This document shows positions 19,345-29,948 of a DNA stretch of 64,000 nt, piece after piece (within the stretch, counting starts at the first letter, position 1; every line of letters begins with the position of its first letter). Both the position numbers and the translations under genes were made by a program. The notes beneath the pieces were generated by a model. That model made no database searches and was not told where the DNA came from. It was given only the letters and a program-made list of their open reading frames with translations. The stretch comes from an uncultured delta proteobacterium (lineage in GTDB: Bacteria; Desulfobacterota; Desulfomonilia; UBA1062), in the NCBI GenBank assembly GCA_963798485.1, contig CAWCTR010000030.1, positions 1 through 64,000 of the forward strand. Reading direction: 5' to 3'.

Positions 19345-20600
19345 TCTTGAAAGACCTCTCCTCTGTGTGCATAGCTGTTGAACATGTCAAAACTTGCGCA
19401 ACCCGGGCTTAAAAGGATTATGTCGCCGGGTGAAGCGAATTTGTACGCCTGTGTTACCGCTTCAAGCATGTCTTGGGCCGCGCTTGTGTCCACGATATCC
19501 GCGATCTCGCTCTCAATACGGGCTTTTGCCTCTCCTATGAGGTATGCCTTCTTGATGGTGGCTTTATATCTTCGTGCAATATCAGAGAAATCGCCGCCCT
19601 TGTCCTTTCCTCCCAATATGAGGATGACCTTGGAGATCAGCGTGGACAGTGCTTTGTCCAGAGCCCCAACATTGGTGGCCTTGGAGTCGTCAATAAAGGT
19701 GACGCCGCCTATAGTGCTGACGTACTCGAAACGGTGGTGGATTACCTTAAAGCCAAGGAAGACATCTTCCATGACCGTAGTTTCAACGCCAAGGAACCGC
19801 CCGGCCAGGGCCGTCGCCAGCATGTCCTCAATGACACCCCCGCCGATCTTTTCAGGGGGCGGGACCTTGGGGCCAACGCCTGCAATACCGCCGGTGAAGA
19901 TGATTGTGGAATCCTTGATATAGGCGCCGTCTCCTGAGGCCGGATGGGTCAAGGAGAAGAGGACCCGCCGGGCCTTTAAGGGGATATCTTTCAGGTAGGG
20001 GTCGTCGTTGTTGACAATAGCGATATCTTCGGCGGTTTGATTTTCGAATATCTTGAGTTTGTAATACACGTACTCGGCCATGGTACAGTACCGGTCCAGG
20101 TGGTCCGGGGTGATGTTCATGCATATGCTGATATATGGCCTGAAGTTCTCGATCCACTCAAGCTGGAAAGAGCTGATCTCGGCTACCACATAGTCAGGGT
20201 CGGCATCCACCAGGGAGATGAGCGGGGGTGAGATGTTTCCCCCGATGCCGGCGTCAAATCCTTGGGCTGTGAGGATTTTATGGATCAGCGTCGTCGCAGT
20301 GGTCTTTCCATTGGTTCCGGTGATGGCGATGAGCTTTCCTGAAAGGAATGATGAGGCCACTTCGATCTCGGAGAGCACCTTTTTGGCCTTCTTAAGCATA
20401 GGGTGATGCTGAGGCACCCCCGGGCTCGGGATCACGAGATCAGCCCACTGTATATCAGCCACCTCCAGCGGCTTGACGGGTATCTCCTGGGGCTCTACGG
20501 GCATCTTCTCATCCACCAGGCGCACCTCGTGGCCTTTCTGCATCATTACGCGCGCCGCCATGATGCCCGTAATCCCTGTTCCCCAGACAACTATGCGCAC
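19305..20600 (-). CDS. murD: UDP-MurNAc-L-Ala-D-glutamate ligase
   Basis: SPGVP, ITGTNGKTT, EISSFQLE, DHLDRY, DDSKATN, SPGCASFD. Confidence 0.96.
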   Translation of the reverse strand: MRIVVWGTGITGIMAARVMMQKGHEVRLVDEKMPVEPQEIPVKPLEVADIQWADLVIPSPGVPQHHPMLKKAKKVLSEIEVASSFLSGKLIAITGTNGKTTATTLIHKILTAQGFDAGIGGNISPPLISLVDADPDYVVAEISSFQLEWIENFRPYISICMNITPDHLDRYCTMAEYVYYKLKIFENQTAEDIAIVNNDDPYLKDIPLKARRVLFSLTHPASGDGAYIKDSTIIFTGGIAGVGPKVPPPEKIGGGVIEDMLATALAGRFLGVETTVMEDVFLGFKVIHHRFEYVSTIGGVTFIDDSKATNVGALDKALSTLISKVILILGGKDKGGDFSDIARRYKATIKKAYLIGEAKARIESEIADIVDTSAAQDMLEAVTQAYKFASPGDIILLSPGCASFDMFNSYAHRGEVFQECVYGLLKNKSAR

Positions 20601-20725
20601 ACTTTAAGTCCCTCCAGTCGCTGTTGTATCTGCATGATGAGCAATGCCAGTCCCTTGTCCTCATGCTCCAGGTAGATCGCCAGGAGCATTTGCAGGTAAT
20701 TAATCTCTTCATAAGCAGTCTGCAT
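20591..20725 (-). CDS. Small hypothetical helical protein (44 aa), absent from the ORF track
   Basis: MQTAYEEINYLQMLLAIYLEHEDKGLALLIMQIQQRLEGLKVCA*. SD-like GAGGTG overlaps the mraY stop; its own stop overlaps the murD start. Fills the mraY-murD gap. Confidence 0.65.
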   Translation of the reverse strand: MQTAYEEINYLQMLLAIYLEHEDKGLALLIMQIQQRLEGLKVCA

Positions 20726-20730
20726 AGGCC

Positions 20731-21810
20731 TCACCTCAGCTTTAAGGTTGATATCGCCACCATTGCAAGGAATATGGATATGATCCAGAACCTGACGATA
20801 ATCTTGGGTTCCGGCCAGCCCTTCAGCTCGAAGTGATGGTGTATCGGGGCCATGCGGAATATCCGCTTGCCGTTTGTGAACTTGAAGAAGCCCACCTGAA
20901 GGATGACGGAGAGCACCTCCATGAAAAAGATGCCCCCTACGATTAAGAGGAGCATCTCCTGTTTGGTCATGACGGCTACGGCCCCGAGAATCCCGCCCAG
21001 GCTCAATGAGCCCACATCACCCATAAACATCTGGGCAGGATAGGCGTTGTACCATAAAAAGCCCATGCCCGCCCCCACCAGTGAACCGAGAAAGACGCTC
21101 AATTCACCCACCCCTGGTATGAACGGGATCTGAAGATAGGTGGCCGCCTTGAAGTTGCCGATGACATAGGCGAAAACGATATAGGTGGCCGCGGCAATGG
21201 TGCACGGGCCGATGGCCAGCCCGTCGAGACCGTCCGTGAGGTTGACGGCATTGGCCATGCCCACGATGACCACCATGACAAAGGGGATATAGAACGGCCC
21301 GAGGTCAAGGTGGAGGCGTTTGAAGAAGGGAAATGTGACGGTGTCGTTGAAGCCCGGGGCGCTCATGAGCGCAAAACCCACGGCTGCCGCCACGGCGAAC
21401 TCCACGAGCAGCCGCAGGTGACCGGGCAGCCCACGCATGTTACCCTTAACGGTCTTCATGTAGTCATCAATGAACCCCAGCGCCGCATAGGAGACAAGGA
21501 TGGCCATGCCGAGCCATATATAGACATTAAACAGGTCGGCCCACATAAGGGTGGAGAATACGATTGCACACGCAATCAATACCCCGCCCATGGTGGGTGT
21601 GCCTGATTTTACCTTGTGGGTAGAAGGCGTATGGCCGTTTATGCGCTCCTTGAGCCTCAAGTTGTTGAGCTTCTCAATGAACCACGGCCCCAACAGCAGG
21701 GTAATGAGCAGGGCCGTGATGGTGGCGTAGATGGTCCTGAAGGTGATGTACTTGAAGACATTGAAGAGGCTGAATGTGGTGTGCAGGGGGTAGAGGAGGT
21801 AATAGAGCAT
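20731..21810 (-). CDS. mraY: Phospho-N-acetylmuramoyl-pentapeptide transferase
   Basis: [34 protein letters not shown]. Confidence 0.97.
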   Translation of the reverse strand: MLYYLLYPLHTTFSLFNVFKYITFRTIYATITALLITLLLGPWFIEKLNNLRLKERINGHTPSTHKVKSGTPTMGGVLIACAIVFSTLMWADLFNVYIWLGMAILVSYAALGFIDDYMKTVKGNMRGLPGHLRLLVEFAVAAAVGFALMSAPGFNDTVTFPFFKRLHLDLGPFYIPFVMVVIVGMANAVNLTDGLDGLAIGPCTIAAATYIVFAYVIGNFKAATYLQIPFIPGVGELSVFLGSLVGAGMGFLWYNAYPAQMFMGDVGSLSLGGILGAVAVMTKQEMLLLIVGGIFFMEVLSVILQVGFFKFTNGKRIFRMAPIHHHFELKGWPEPKIIVRFWIISIFLAMVAISTLKLR

Positions 21811-21812
21811 CC

Positions 21813-23183
21813 TTATGCCACCACCTTGAGCTGGTTGACCACCTGGTCGAGTTTCAGTGCCCGGGACGCCTTAATAAGCACCATGGCATCCTTGTCAAAG
21901 AGATCCTGGAGATGGTAGAGGATCTCATCCATCTTCTGCACCGGGTAGATGCTCTCCCCTTCCATACCGCCGGCCGAGGCCTTATCACAGACAAAATTCG
22001 CCATCTTACCGATGCAGATAAGCCTGTCCAATTTGGATTCCGCCACCCATTTCCCAAGCTCTTCGTGCCAGAACTGTGAGTACTTGCCGAGTTCCAGCAT
22101 GTCGCCAAGCACTGCAACCTTGATGGAATGGGGGGCATCCACCAACATGGACAATGCAGCCCTCATGGACGCAGGGTTGGCGTTGTAGCAGTCATTGATA
22201 ATAGTGAGGTGGTCGGATACGATTATCTCGGAACGCATGCCGGGGAACTTCGCCCGCCTCACCCCTTCGGCGATGATCTCAGGGTCAAGGTTCAATGCCA
22301 CGGCGCAGGCGCATGCCCCAAGGGCGTTGATGACATTGTGCATACCGGGAAGGGGGACATGGGTCTTGATAAGCCTTCCTGCCAGGTCGATCTCGATGTC
22401 ACTGCCGTCGAGCCCCTGGTGTTCGATATGCGTCAGGGTGATGTCTGCGTTATCCTTGTGAGAATAGGTGATCACCTGCAGATGGTTCGGGATCTCGATC
22501 TTGTCCATGTGCTCCAGGGAGGGGTTGATAACGGCCATGCCGTATTTGGCGGTGTTCTTGAAGATGGCCTGCTTCTCTTTAATAATTCCCGAGATGCTCC
22601 TGAGCCCGTTCAAGTGGACGGGATTGATGTTGGTTATGATTGAGACCTGCGGCCTGGTGATGAAGGAAAGCCGGTCTATCTCCCCGAACCGGTTGGTGCC
22701 CATCTCGATGACGGCAAATTCATATTCAGGGCCCAGCGCGAGCAAGGAGAGCGGGACCCCAATAAGGTTGTTGTAGTTCTTCTCGGTTTTCAGACACGCA
22801 CCCTGCAGGGAGAATATGGATGCGCAGAACTCTTTAACCGTAGTCTTACCCGTGGATCCGGTGACACCGATAATGGCCGTGTCGAACTTATTTCTCACCC
22901 CTAAGGCGATATCGCCCAGGGCCTGCATGGTATCCTCAACGGATATCATGACAGTGCCGTTTCTTGGGATATCCTCCATGACAACTATACCTGTGGCCCC
23001 TCGTGAGACTGCATCCTTGATGAAGGAGTGTCCGTTATAATTCTCTCCACGCAGCGCGATAAAGAGCTGGTCCGGCAGGATGCTCCTGGAGTCGGTCGAT
23101 ACCCCGGTAAAGATGATCTCCGGTTCGCCTGAAAGGATATAACCATCAGTGAAATATGCTATTTCCCGTGCGCTGATCTTCAT
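21813..23183 (-). CDS. murF: UDP-MurNAc-tripeptide D-Ala-D-Ala ligase
   Basis: [36 protein letters not shown]. Confidence 0.96.
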   Translation of the reverse strand: MKISAREIAYFTDGYILSGEPEIIFTGVSTDSRSILPDQLFIALRGENYNGHSFIKDAVSRGATGIVVMEDIPRNGTVMISVEDTMQALGDIALGVRNKFDTAIIGVTGSTGKTTVKEFCASIFSLQGACLKTEKNYNNLIGVPLSLLALGPEYEFAVIEMGTNRFGEIDRLSFITRPQVSIITNINPVHLNGLRSISGIIKEKQAIFKNTAKYGMAVINPSLEHMDKIEIPNHLQVITYSHKDNADITLTHIEHQGLDGSDIEIDLAGRLIKTHVPLPGMHNVINALGACACAVALNLDPEIIAEGVRRAKFPGMRSEIIVSDHLTIINDCYNANPASMRAALSMLVDAPHSIKVAVLGDMLELGKYSQFWHEELGKWVAESKLDRLICIGKMANFVCDKASAGGMEGESIYPVQKMDEILYHLQDLFDKDAMVLIKASRALKLDQVVNQLKVVA

Positions 23184-24631
23184 TGACCGTAAACCTCCTT
23201 AAGGCATCGGCGGACGCATTCACGGTCATCGAAGGAAATCTTCCTCGTGCCGATAATCTGGTAATCCTCATGGCCCTTGCCGGCAATCAGAAGGCAGTCA
23301 TCAACAGCCATGGCCCGGATGGCCCGGCAGATGGCCTTCGCCCTGTCAGGCTCGGCGATGATCTTTGTCCTATTGGGGATACCTTTCAGGATGTCTTCAA
23401 TGATGAAGTCAGGCTCTTCGGTCCTAGGGTTGTCCGAGGTGATTATTGCCAGGTCGGCAAGACCTGCGGCAATGGAACCCATGATGGGCCGCTTGGTCTT
23501 ATCGCGGTCTCCTCCGCAGCCGAATACGGTTAAAAGCCTTCCCTTTGTGAACTGACGCGCGTTTTTCAGGACCGTACCCAGGGCGTCAGGGGTATGGGCA
23601 TAATCCACAATGATGTTCAGGTTATTGGTGTTTTCAACAAACTCCATCCTGCCGGGTACGCCTTTGAGGGCCTCGATGCCTTCCGCGATTCTCTCGTTCG
23701 GGATGCCCATGGCATGGCAGACGCCTATGGCTGCCATGATGTTGTAGGCATTCATCTCACCCTTTAGCGCGCTCCTGATGGGGATCTCTCCTGCAGGGGT
23801 TGCGATATTCAAGTTGAGGCCACGCGGGGAGTTGTCCATGGAAAGGGGGCGGATGAGGGCGTCTTTACGAAAACCATAGGTAAGAGCCCCTGGCAAGGCA
23901 ACTGCGAGCCTTATGCCGTAGGGATCATCTATATTAAGGATGGCCTTGCCCTTGAGATAGGTCTCGAAGAGCCTTTTCTTGGCGAAAAAATAGGACTCCA
24001 TATCCTTGTGGTAGTCCAGGTGGTCCTGGCTGAGGTTTGTGAACAGGGCGTATTCGAATATGAGCCCTGCGATCCTGTCCTGGTCCAGGGCATGGGAGCT
24101 TACCTCCATGACACACGCCTGAACTCCCGCAAGGCGCATCAGGTTCAGCATCTCGAAGAGGTCCACAGGGCCTGGCGTAGTAAGCGTGGATGTGATCTCT
24201 TTACCCTTATACCGTGTGTTTATGGTGCCTATTACCCCGCAGGGAATACCTGCATGGTTCAACACCGATTCTATGAGATAGGTGGTGGTGGTCTTGCCGT
24301 TTGTTCCGGTAATGCCCATCATCCTTATCTCCAGGGCCTTGGGGTAAAGCATCGGCAGGATCACCTTGAGGGCGGCCTTGGTGTCGGGTACGCCGACCAC
24401 CGTGGCGTCAGGGCTAACGATAGCGTGGCTGCTGTTGCAGATGATAAGGCCGGCGCCCCGGCGCAGCGCATCAGGGATGTATTGATGGCCGTCCGTGGTG
24501 CTTCCCATAAGCGCAATGAAGGCATCGCCGGACTGGACGCGTGAGGAATCCGCCTTCAAGGTTTCCCATCTCCTGTCCGGACCTTTCGTGAAGGCACCTT
24601 CCAGTATGCGAGTGAGGTCTGAGGCCATCAT
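23180..24631 (-). CDS. murE: UDP-MurNAc-dipeptide meso-diaminopimelate ligase
   Basis: ITGTNGKTT, MEVSSH, DYAHTPD, DAP-type DNPR motif, AGKGHE. ATGA overlap with the ftsI stop. Confidence 0.96.
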   Translation of the reverse strand: MMASDLTRILEGAFTKGPDRRWETLKADSSRVQSGDAFIALMGSTTDGHQYIPDALRRGAGLIICNSSHAIVSPDATVVGVPDTKAALKVILPMLYPKALEIRMMGITGTNGKTTTTYLIESVLNHAGIPCGVIGTINTRYKGKEITSTLTTPGPVDLFEMLNLMRLAGVQACVMEVSSHALDQDRIAGLIFEYALFTNLSQDHLDYHKDMESYFFAKKRLFETYLKGKAILNIDDPYGIRLAVALPGALTYGFRKDALIRPLSMDNSPRGLNLNIATPAGEIPIRSALKGEMNAYNIMAAIGVCHAMGIPNERIAEGIEALKGVPGRMEFVENTNNLNIIVDYAHTPDALGTVLKNARQFTKGRLLTVFGCGGDRDKTKRPIMGSIAAGLADLAIITSDNPRTEEPDFIIEDILKGIPNRTKIIAEPDRAKAICRAIRAMAVDDCLLIAGKGHEDYQIIGTRKISFDDRECVRRCLKEVYGQ

Positions 24632-26334
24632 CCGCTGTTCCCCCTGGTGGCGAGCGTGATGTTCGGGCTTAACTCCATGATTGAAGCACACTGTGATACT
24701 ATTTCTTTAAACAAAGGGCAAGCCACGATGCTTGCGTAGTAGAAAGGCCTGGGTTCGTTGATGCAGACGATCATGGTGAGGCGTATCTTGCCGGTGGCGT
24801 CTATAATCCCGCCGATGAAGGAGGAGACATAGTCGCCTTCTGCATAGGCCCCGGTTAATGGGTCGATCTTCTGGGCCGTGCCGGTCTTGCCGAAGACCTG
24901 GAAGCTCGGCATGCTTGCGGATTCGGCCGTGCCGCCTTTGAGCGTGACGGATTTCATGACGCCCACAATCTGATCGCAGGCCTCTTTCGAGAGCACCTTT
25001 CTTAAGATGGTGGGGTTGACCTCCTGGACGGGGATGTTCTTGGCATCAGTGATACGCTCGACAATATAGGGCCTCATGACCATGCCCCCGTTGACCATGG
25101 CATTGAACGCGGTGATAAGCTGGATACCGGTGACTGCAAACCCTTGTCCGAAGGCTATTGTAGCCTTGTCCACGCCGGTCCAGGAGCTTGGGTCCCTGGT
25201 CATGCCTTGGGGTTCGCCGGGGAAGTCGATGCCGGTTGCGTCGAGGAAACCGAAGTCCGCCAGACAGGAGTACATCTCGCCCGCGCTGACGGGATCCATG
25301 AGCTTGGCAATTCCGATATTGCTGCTGTATTTAATGATGTCGTTTACCGGGAGCCATCCGTATTTCTCATGGTCGTGGATGGTGACCCTGTGAAAGGTGA
25401 ACGAACCATTCTCGCAGAAGATACTCCTTGTGATGTTGAACTTTCTCTTCTCCAGGCCCCAGCTTACCCAGAACGGCTTGATCACCGATCCGGGCTCGAA
25501 GGAGTGCGTAATGGCCATGTTTATATGGCCGGAAAGGCGGTTATAGGACCCCTTGTTCGGGTCGAAGCTTGGATTGGAAGCCAGGGCGAGGATTTCACCG
25601 GTCGACGGGTTCGTGATGATGACGAAACCTGAGGCGGCCTTGTTGTTGGCGACAACTTTCTTCAGTTCCTGGAAGGCGATGTATTGGATCCGCTTGTCGA
25701 TGGTGAGCCTCAGGGTACTGCCGTCTTTGGCCTCATCAGGTTGCAGGCCGCGCGCATAGATGATCCTGCCCATGCCGTCTTTGTGGACATCGATCTTTCG
25801 CTCCATGCCTTTCAAGGCCATGTCGTAAGACAGCTCAAGCCCCTCGAGGCCCTTTCCGTCTATGCCCACAATCCCGATAAGGTTCGCCAGGGACTCGCTC
25901 TCCGGATAGAACCGTTTTGCCTCGTCGTAGAACCCGATACCCTTTATCTTGAGGGCCTTTATGGCCTCCACCTCATTCGGGGTGACCTGCCTCTTGATCC
26001 ACACAAAATATCTGTCTTCCTCCAGCCTCGTTTCCAGGTACTTTCTATCGATCCCCAGTGCCTTTGAGAGCTGCCATGCTGCCTTGGCCGGATCATCTAT
26101 AATTCGGGGGTTGGCGGCCACGGACTTGACCACAAGGCTGATGGCAAGGGGTTGTCCTGACCGGTCAAAGATGGTCCCCCGGTAGGGGCTGAGCTCGACG
26201 GCGTGATCGAATTTCTTGTGGGCCTTAGCGATGATCCAGTTGGAATTGATAACCTGCAGATCGAATGCCCTCAGGCTGATGCCGGCGAGCATGGCTATCA
26301 GGATGATCTGAATAGCCTTTATTCGTCGAGCCAT
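24628..26334 (-). CDS. ftsI: Class B penicillin-binding protein FtsI (no PASTA domains)
   Basis: RGTIFDR, GLEGLE, SxxK (SVIK), SSN, KTG. Confidence 0.94.
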   Translation of the reverse strand: MARRIKAIQIILIAMLAGISLRAFDLQVINSNWIIAKAHKKFDHAVELSPYRGTIFDRSGQPLAISLVVKSVAANPRIIDDPAKAAWQLSKALGIDRKYLETRLEEDRYFVWIKRQVTPNEVEAIKALKIKGIGFYDEAKRFYPESESLANLIGIVGIDGKGLEGLELSYDMALKGMERKIDVHKDGMGRIIYARGLQPDEAKDGSTLRLTIDKRIQYIAFQELKKVVANNKAASGFVIITNPSTGEILALASNPSFDPNKGSYNRLSGHINMAITHSFEPGSVIKPFWVSWGLEKRKFNITRSIFCENGSFTFHRVTIHDHEKYGWLPVNDIIKYSSNIGIAKLMDPVSAGEMYSCLADFGFLDATGIDFPGEPQGMTRDPSSWTGVDKATIAFGQGFAVTGIQLITAFNAMVNGGMVMRPYIVERITDAKNIPVQEVNPTILRKVLSKEACDQIVGVMKSVTLKGGTAESASMPSFQVFGKTGTAQKIDPLTGAYAEGDYVSSFIGGIIDATGKIRLTMIVCINEPRPFYYASIVACPLFKEIVSQCASIMELSPNITLATRGNSG

Positions 26335-26609
26335 AGGTACACCACTTGTTCAGGCTTTGGGGGGGTTAGCCCGAGTTGGCTCCTGGCAATGAGTTCAAGC
26401 CTTTTCGAGCTCTTGAGTGTAGAGATCTCTATTTTCAGTGCCTTGTTCTCGCTGAGCAGCTGCTCCTCGACTGCCTGTGATTCAGACAGCGAATATCCCA
26501 GTTCGGTGACCATTTGCCGTGTCCAGACGTGGAACATGCCCCATACCATCAACAAGAGCAATATTACGATACCGCCGGGGAGGGCACTTGACATATTCAA
26601 CGGCCTCAC
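26319..26609 (-). CDS. ftsL: Cell division protein FtsL
   Basis: TM helix plus leucine-zipper coiled coil, between rsmH and ftsI. Confidence 0.88.
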   Translation of the reverse strand: MRPLNMSSALPGGIVILLLLMVWGMFHVWTRQMVTELGYSLSESQAVEEQLLSENKALKIEISTLKSSKRLELIARSQLGLTPPKPEQVVYLWLDE

Positions 26610-27529
26610 GCGGCCCTCCGTGCGGCCCGCAAACGGGCGCTTCGGGCCCTGGGGTTCATCCGGACCTCTTCGGCCGAAGCGGTTATGGGTTTTTTGGTTA
26701 TCCGCTGAAAAAAGACCGCCGGGGATTCCTGTGGCAAGGGAAGCCCCCGGCGGCTTAGGAGGGCGGTCGGAGTACCCGCAAAAAACTGCTTCACGATTCG
26801 GTCTTCAAGCGAGTGGAATGAGATGATTGCCATGACGCCGCTTTCAGACAATAACGCAGCGGCCTTGGGCAGGAATTCCTTCAGGTTATCAAGCTCGGAG
26901 TTGACCTCCATGCGAATGGCCTGGAAGGTCCGTGTGGCGGGGTGGATCCTTTTGGGCCAGAACTTCTTAGGGATGGCCTTGGATACAATCTCGGCAAGCG
27001 CCTTTGTCGTAAGGATGGGGCGTGATTCCACAATGCGCCGCGTGATCCTGCGGGCAAAGCGTTCTTCTCCCAACGTGTAGATAATCCGGCTGAGTGTGTC
27101 AACGCCGTAGGTGTTTATCACCGCATACGCATCAAGGGCCTGCTCAGAATCGTATCGCATATCCAGCGGGCCTTCGGCGCCAAAGGAGAATCCCCTTTCG
27201 GCCTCATCGAGCTCGATGGATGACATGCCAAGATCAAGGACAATGCCATCGAGGTATTCCCATTTTAGTTCAGCGCATAGAGAGTCTATCTCGGTGTAGT
27301 TGGTGCAGAAAATATGGCAGCGCTTTCCATATTGTGCCAATGAATGTGAAGCCAGGGATATTGCTTCTTGGTCGAGATCGCTTGCTGCGAGTTCGCCGGC
27401 CGGAGAACTTGCTTCGAGGATGGCCTGGGCGTGGCCCGCTCCGCCAAGGGTGCCATCGAAATATTTCCCGCCATTACGCGGCCTGATCACATCGAGAACC
27501 TCCTTGAGAAGTACGCTGACATGCTCCAT
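26606..27529 (-). CDS. rsmH: 16S rRNA m4C1402 methyltransferase
   Basis: HVSVLLKE, DGTLGGAGH, DLGMSS, PLDMR, FQAIRMEVN, SFHSLEDR, NPRARSA. Confidence 0.96.
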   Translation of the reverse strand: MEHVSVLLKEVLDVIRPRNGGKYFDGTLGGAGHAQAILEASSPAGELAASDLDQEAISLASHSLAQYGKRCHIFCTNYTEIDSLCAELKWEYLDGIVLDLGMSSIELDEAERGFSFGAEGPLDMRYDSEQALDAYAVINTYGVDTLSRIIYTLGEERFARRITRRIVESRPILTTKALAEIVSKAIPKKFWPKRIHPATRTFQAIRMEVNSELDNLKEFLPKAAALLSESGVMAIISFHSLEDRIVKQFFAGTPTALLSRRGLPLPQESPAVFFQRITKKPITASAEEVRMNPRARSARLRAARRAA

Positions 27530-27533
27530 CGTC

Positions 27534-27979
27534 CTACAGACCGAGCTTCGCAAGCCCTTCGCGCAACTTCTCTGGGATCTTCGAGGTGCATCCTCCATGC
27601 CCTTGTTGTACGTATCCTGATCCCAGATCTCGATGCGGTCTACTAATGCCCACAAGCAGGCACTTTTTCTCAGGCCTGCATAATCGCGCAAGCCTGAAGG
27701 GATAAGGATCCTGCCCTGGGCGTCGATCGGGCATTCCTCGGCAGATCCCACGAGATGTCTTTTGACCACGATGTCTTTCTTCTTCCCCATGGATAGGCCT
27801 GCGGCCAGTTTTTCCATTCTCTCCCAGTCATCAGGGGCGAATGCAAGAAGGCAACGGTCAATGCTCTTGGTGACGATGAGATGCGCGGCTCCCCACTCTT
27901 TCAGGATATCCCTGAACTTGGATGGGATGCTTAAGCGGCCCTTCTCATTAATAGAGTTAATGTAATGCCCTTTTAGCAC
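27534..27979 (-). CDS. mraZ: Transcriptional regulator MraZ (several apparent indels in the 3' half)
   Basis: KGRLSIPSKFR, DAQGRILIP, DRIEIW. The segments EKKCLLVGIS and EKLREGLAKLGL* (TAG 27534) are in another frame. Confidence 0.92.
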
Positions 27980-27988
27980 CGGTCTACC

Positions 27989-28049
27989 CTCACAAATATG
28001 GCACTAATTGACACTTTATGCCTATATATTAAATATATGGTAAAGTCAA
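27989..28049 (-). promoter_or_regulatory. dcw sigma70-type promoter with degenerate MraZ boxes
   Basis: TTGACT followed by an AT-rich -10 region, then GTG motifs at 10- and 11-nt spacing (GTGTC, GTGCC, GTGAG). Confidence 0.55.
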
Positions 28050-28178
28050 CATGAAGTTTTACTATTGTGTTAGTATTTTAATTTGAAATATCATAGTATT
28101 AAATGGATACATGTTTGGGGGAAGAAAGTGCCATGATAGGATCAGATTTCTCTGGAAGTTTTGAAGTGACTTGGCTAT

Positions 28179-29180
28179 ATGGGTTCCATGGATATGGATA
28201 AGGATGTCCTTACAGAGATCCTCGAAATGCTGCCCGCCGGCGTCATGCTTGCGGAAAATGACGGCGCGGTGATTTTTGCAAACAAGGTTGCCTTGAGCTT
28301 TTTGGGCATTGATGAGTCCAACCTTAAGGAGATCAATGTGGACGGTCTTATAGAGAGGGATTCTTTTAAGAAAGAGACCATGATCCGGACCAAGGGGAGT
28401 GAGCGCCTGACTATCCGGTTGAGCAGACTGCCGCTTGGTGGTGGCGGATTCGTGGTGTTTCTCTTAGACATCAGTGAGATCAATCAGCTCCAGAAAGAGA
28501 TCCTTAAGATGGATAAGCTCGCATCCGTGGGTGAGCTTACCTCGGGCATCGCCCACGAGATACGCAACCCTCTGGCAGGGATCAAGACCACCGCCCAGGC
28601 CCTGAATGAGGAGCTGCAGGTAGGCGATCATCGCAGGGCATATGTTTCACGCATCATTTTAGAGATAGACCGGCTGAGCAAACTGCTGCTTAATTTTTTC
28701 GATTTTGCCAAGCCCAGGGAGCTCTCGGTCGTCACATGCGACCTCAAGAAGATCATTGAAAATGCGGTGTACATGGTTCAGGATACAGCCCGTGCGAACC
28801 ATGTGGAGATCATAGAGTTCCACCCGCCCAAAAAGGAACAGATCAAGGCCGACCCGCATATGATACAACAGGTACTGATGAATGTGTTCATCAATGCCAT
28901 CCAGGCTATGGAGTTCGGCGGCAGGATGGAGGTCCATCTTGTGGACAAGGGCGAACGCATGGAAATCATGGTCTCCGATACGGGCAAGGGCATCCCCGAT
29001 CATGTGAAGGGCAGGATCTTCGACCCCTTTTTCACCACAAAACCCAAAGGGATCGGGCTTGGGCTTTCAATCTCCTACCGGATTATCAAGCTGCATTCCG
29101 GCACCATTACCTTTATCTCCAACCCCGGAGGCACTACCTTTATTATCACGCTACCCAAGGACCCCATCCGGGTGAGGTGA
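28179..29180 (+). CDS. Cytoplasmic PAS sensor histidine kinase (NtrB-like, orphan)
   Basis: PAS-like N-terminus, AHEIRNPL, NAIQAM, DTGKGI, FFTTK, GLGL. Confidence 0.92.
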   Translation: MGSMDMDKDVLTEILEMLPAGVMLAENDGAVIFANKVALSFLGIDESNLKEINVDGLIERDSFKKETMIRTKGSERLTIRLSRLPLGGGGFVVFLLDISEINQLQKEILKMDKLASVGELTSGIAHEIRNPLAGIKTTAQALNEELQVGDHRRAYVSRIILEIDRLSKLLLNFFDFAKPRELSVVTCDLKKIIENAVYMVQDTARANHVEIIEFHPPKKEQIKADPHMIQQVLMNVFINAIQAMEFGGRMEVHLVDKGERMEIMVSDTGKGIPDHVKGRIFDPFFTTKPKGIGLGLSISYRIIKLHSGTITFISNPGGTTFIITLPKDPIRVR

Positions 29181-29234
29181 GGCAATGATGGATCAGATAG
29201 ATGACTTACCAAACAAAATTCAAGGAGGTTAAGA

Positions 29235-29948
29235 ATGCCATTATTGACATCCACTGCGTATGCAGCGACCGCCCAATTCAGGGGCAATATCGGGGCCATG
29301 ATCGTGGATGCAGCCCCGGTCGTCAAACTTGTGTTGCTGGTCCTGTTCATATTTTCAATCTTTTCCTGGGGCATCATTATCCAGAGGTGGATTATGTTTA
29401 GTAGGGCCCGCAAGAGGTCGAAGGCCATACTGGATGTGGTAGCCAAGGGCTCTACCTTGGCCAAGATCAAGGAAGCCATCGGTAAAGCAGGGGCGTGCCC
29501 TGTGTCAAAGATGTTTGAAGAGGCCCTTGATGAGGTGAACAAGCTCACCGGCAAGACAGGTATCATCAACCAGGCCATGATGCCGAACATAGAAGCCAGG
29601 CTGAGTAATGCCCATGCACGGCAGGGCATGGACCTCAGCTATGGTCTGGGCTTTCTGGCGAGCATCAGCAATGCCAGCCCCTTTATCGGGTTGTTCGGCA
29701 CGGTCTGGGGGATTATGGATTCCTTCAGGCACATCGCGCTCATGGGCTCCGCCAATCTCGCCACCGTTGCGCCCGGCATATCGGAAGCACTCATCGCCAC
29801 TGCCGCCGGACTCTTTGTGGCCATACCGGCAGTGCTTTTCTATAACTACTTCACGAGCCTCATCACCCATGCCTCGGCCCAGATGGACCAGTTCCAGATG
29901 GACTTCATAAACCTGCTGCGCAGGGGGATGTTCAATGCAGACAAATAG
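29235..29948 (+). CDS. tolQ: TolQ (MotA/TolQ/ExbB family)
   Basis: SPFIGLFGTVWGIM, APGISEALIATAAGL; tol-pal context. Confidence 0.93.
   Translation: MPLLTSTAYAATAQFRGNIGAMIVDAAPVVKLVLLVLFIFSIFSWGIIIQRWIMFSRARKRSKAILDVVAKGSTLAKIKEAIGKAGACPVSKMFEEALDEVNKLTGKTGIINQAMMPNIEARLSNAHARQGMDLSYGLGFLASISNASPFIGLFGTVWGIMDSFRHIALMGSANLATVAPGISEALIATAAGLFVAIPAVLFYNYFTSLITHASAQMDQFQMDFINLLRRGMFNADK

Noticed and set aside
26606-27979. 457-aa MraZ-RsmH fusion protein
   Set aside because: The native mraZ stop and C-terminus are visible in another frame, so indels explain it better.
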